This document shows, one piece after another, positions 63,591 to 64,000 of a stretch of DNA of 64,000 bases. Source of the stretch: Octopus vulgaris (taxonomy: Eukaryota); contig OX597821.1 of assembly GCA_951406725.2 (NCBI GenBank), forward strand, positions 84,506,001 to 84,570,000. The letters run 5' to 3'. The position numbers and the translations under genes were made by a program. Within the stretch, counting starts at the first letter, position 1, and each line of letters starts with the position of its first letter. The notes under the pieces were generated by a model. The model saw only the letters and a program-made list of their open reading frames with translations. It did no database searches and was not told where the DNA came from.

Positions 63591-64000
63591 ATAATTTATG
63601 ATACTAAATAATAAAGAATAATCAACATCTGAGATATATTTTTCTGAGAGTTAACTGCCATCAATTAGTGGTGCACGTTACAATAAGATAAAAAGCTATC
63701 AAGTACTGGGTTTAAGCAAACTGACTATAAGCCCCTTTAAAATGTGAAACTTTGTGCCAAACTCAGAAAGCCGATAATAATATTAACATTAACAACTATT
63801 CTTTAACTCATTTCAGTCATTTGACAGCAGCCATGCTGGAGCACAGCCTTCAAGGGTTTTAGTCAAACAAATTGACCCAAGGACTTATTTTCTTTTTAAA
63901 GCCCAGCACTTATTCTATCAATCTTTTTGCTGAACCACCAAGCTATGGGAACATAGACACACCAATACTGGCTGTCAAGCAGTGATGACGGACTTCTTTC

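Overview
AT-rich, microsatellite- and transposon-dense eukaryotic DNA. The SINE families and repeat landscape look like an Octopus (cephalopod) genome; this is pattern recognition, not a search result. There are two host genes, arranged convergently. One is an intronless TRAPPC6 (+, 21787-22254). The other is the 3' part of an MDC1-like tandem-BRCT gene (-), rebuilt by hand as 12 frame-consistent exons from 62326 to the stop at 34581 (~1265 codons; the 5' end is not seen). The MDC1-like gene has a GC-AG intron, 26-nt and 32-nt microexons, and a terminal U12-type AT-AC intron. The rest of the window is LINE relics (Tx1/L1, R4/Dong, CR1, RTE-like), mariner/Tc1 relics, TTAA MITEs, Helitrons, several SINE families, a 46-bp minisatellite and microsatellites. 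The most unusual signal is a set of short non-coding elements from three or four sequence-unrelated families. Three families carry clear hammerhead-ribozyme cores and a fourth is decayed. They sit mostly in (TA)n tracts and are often head-to-head palindromes, resembling non-autonomous Penelope-like or retrozyme elements. One has a tRNA/Pol III head, and two lie in MDC1 introns.
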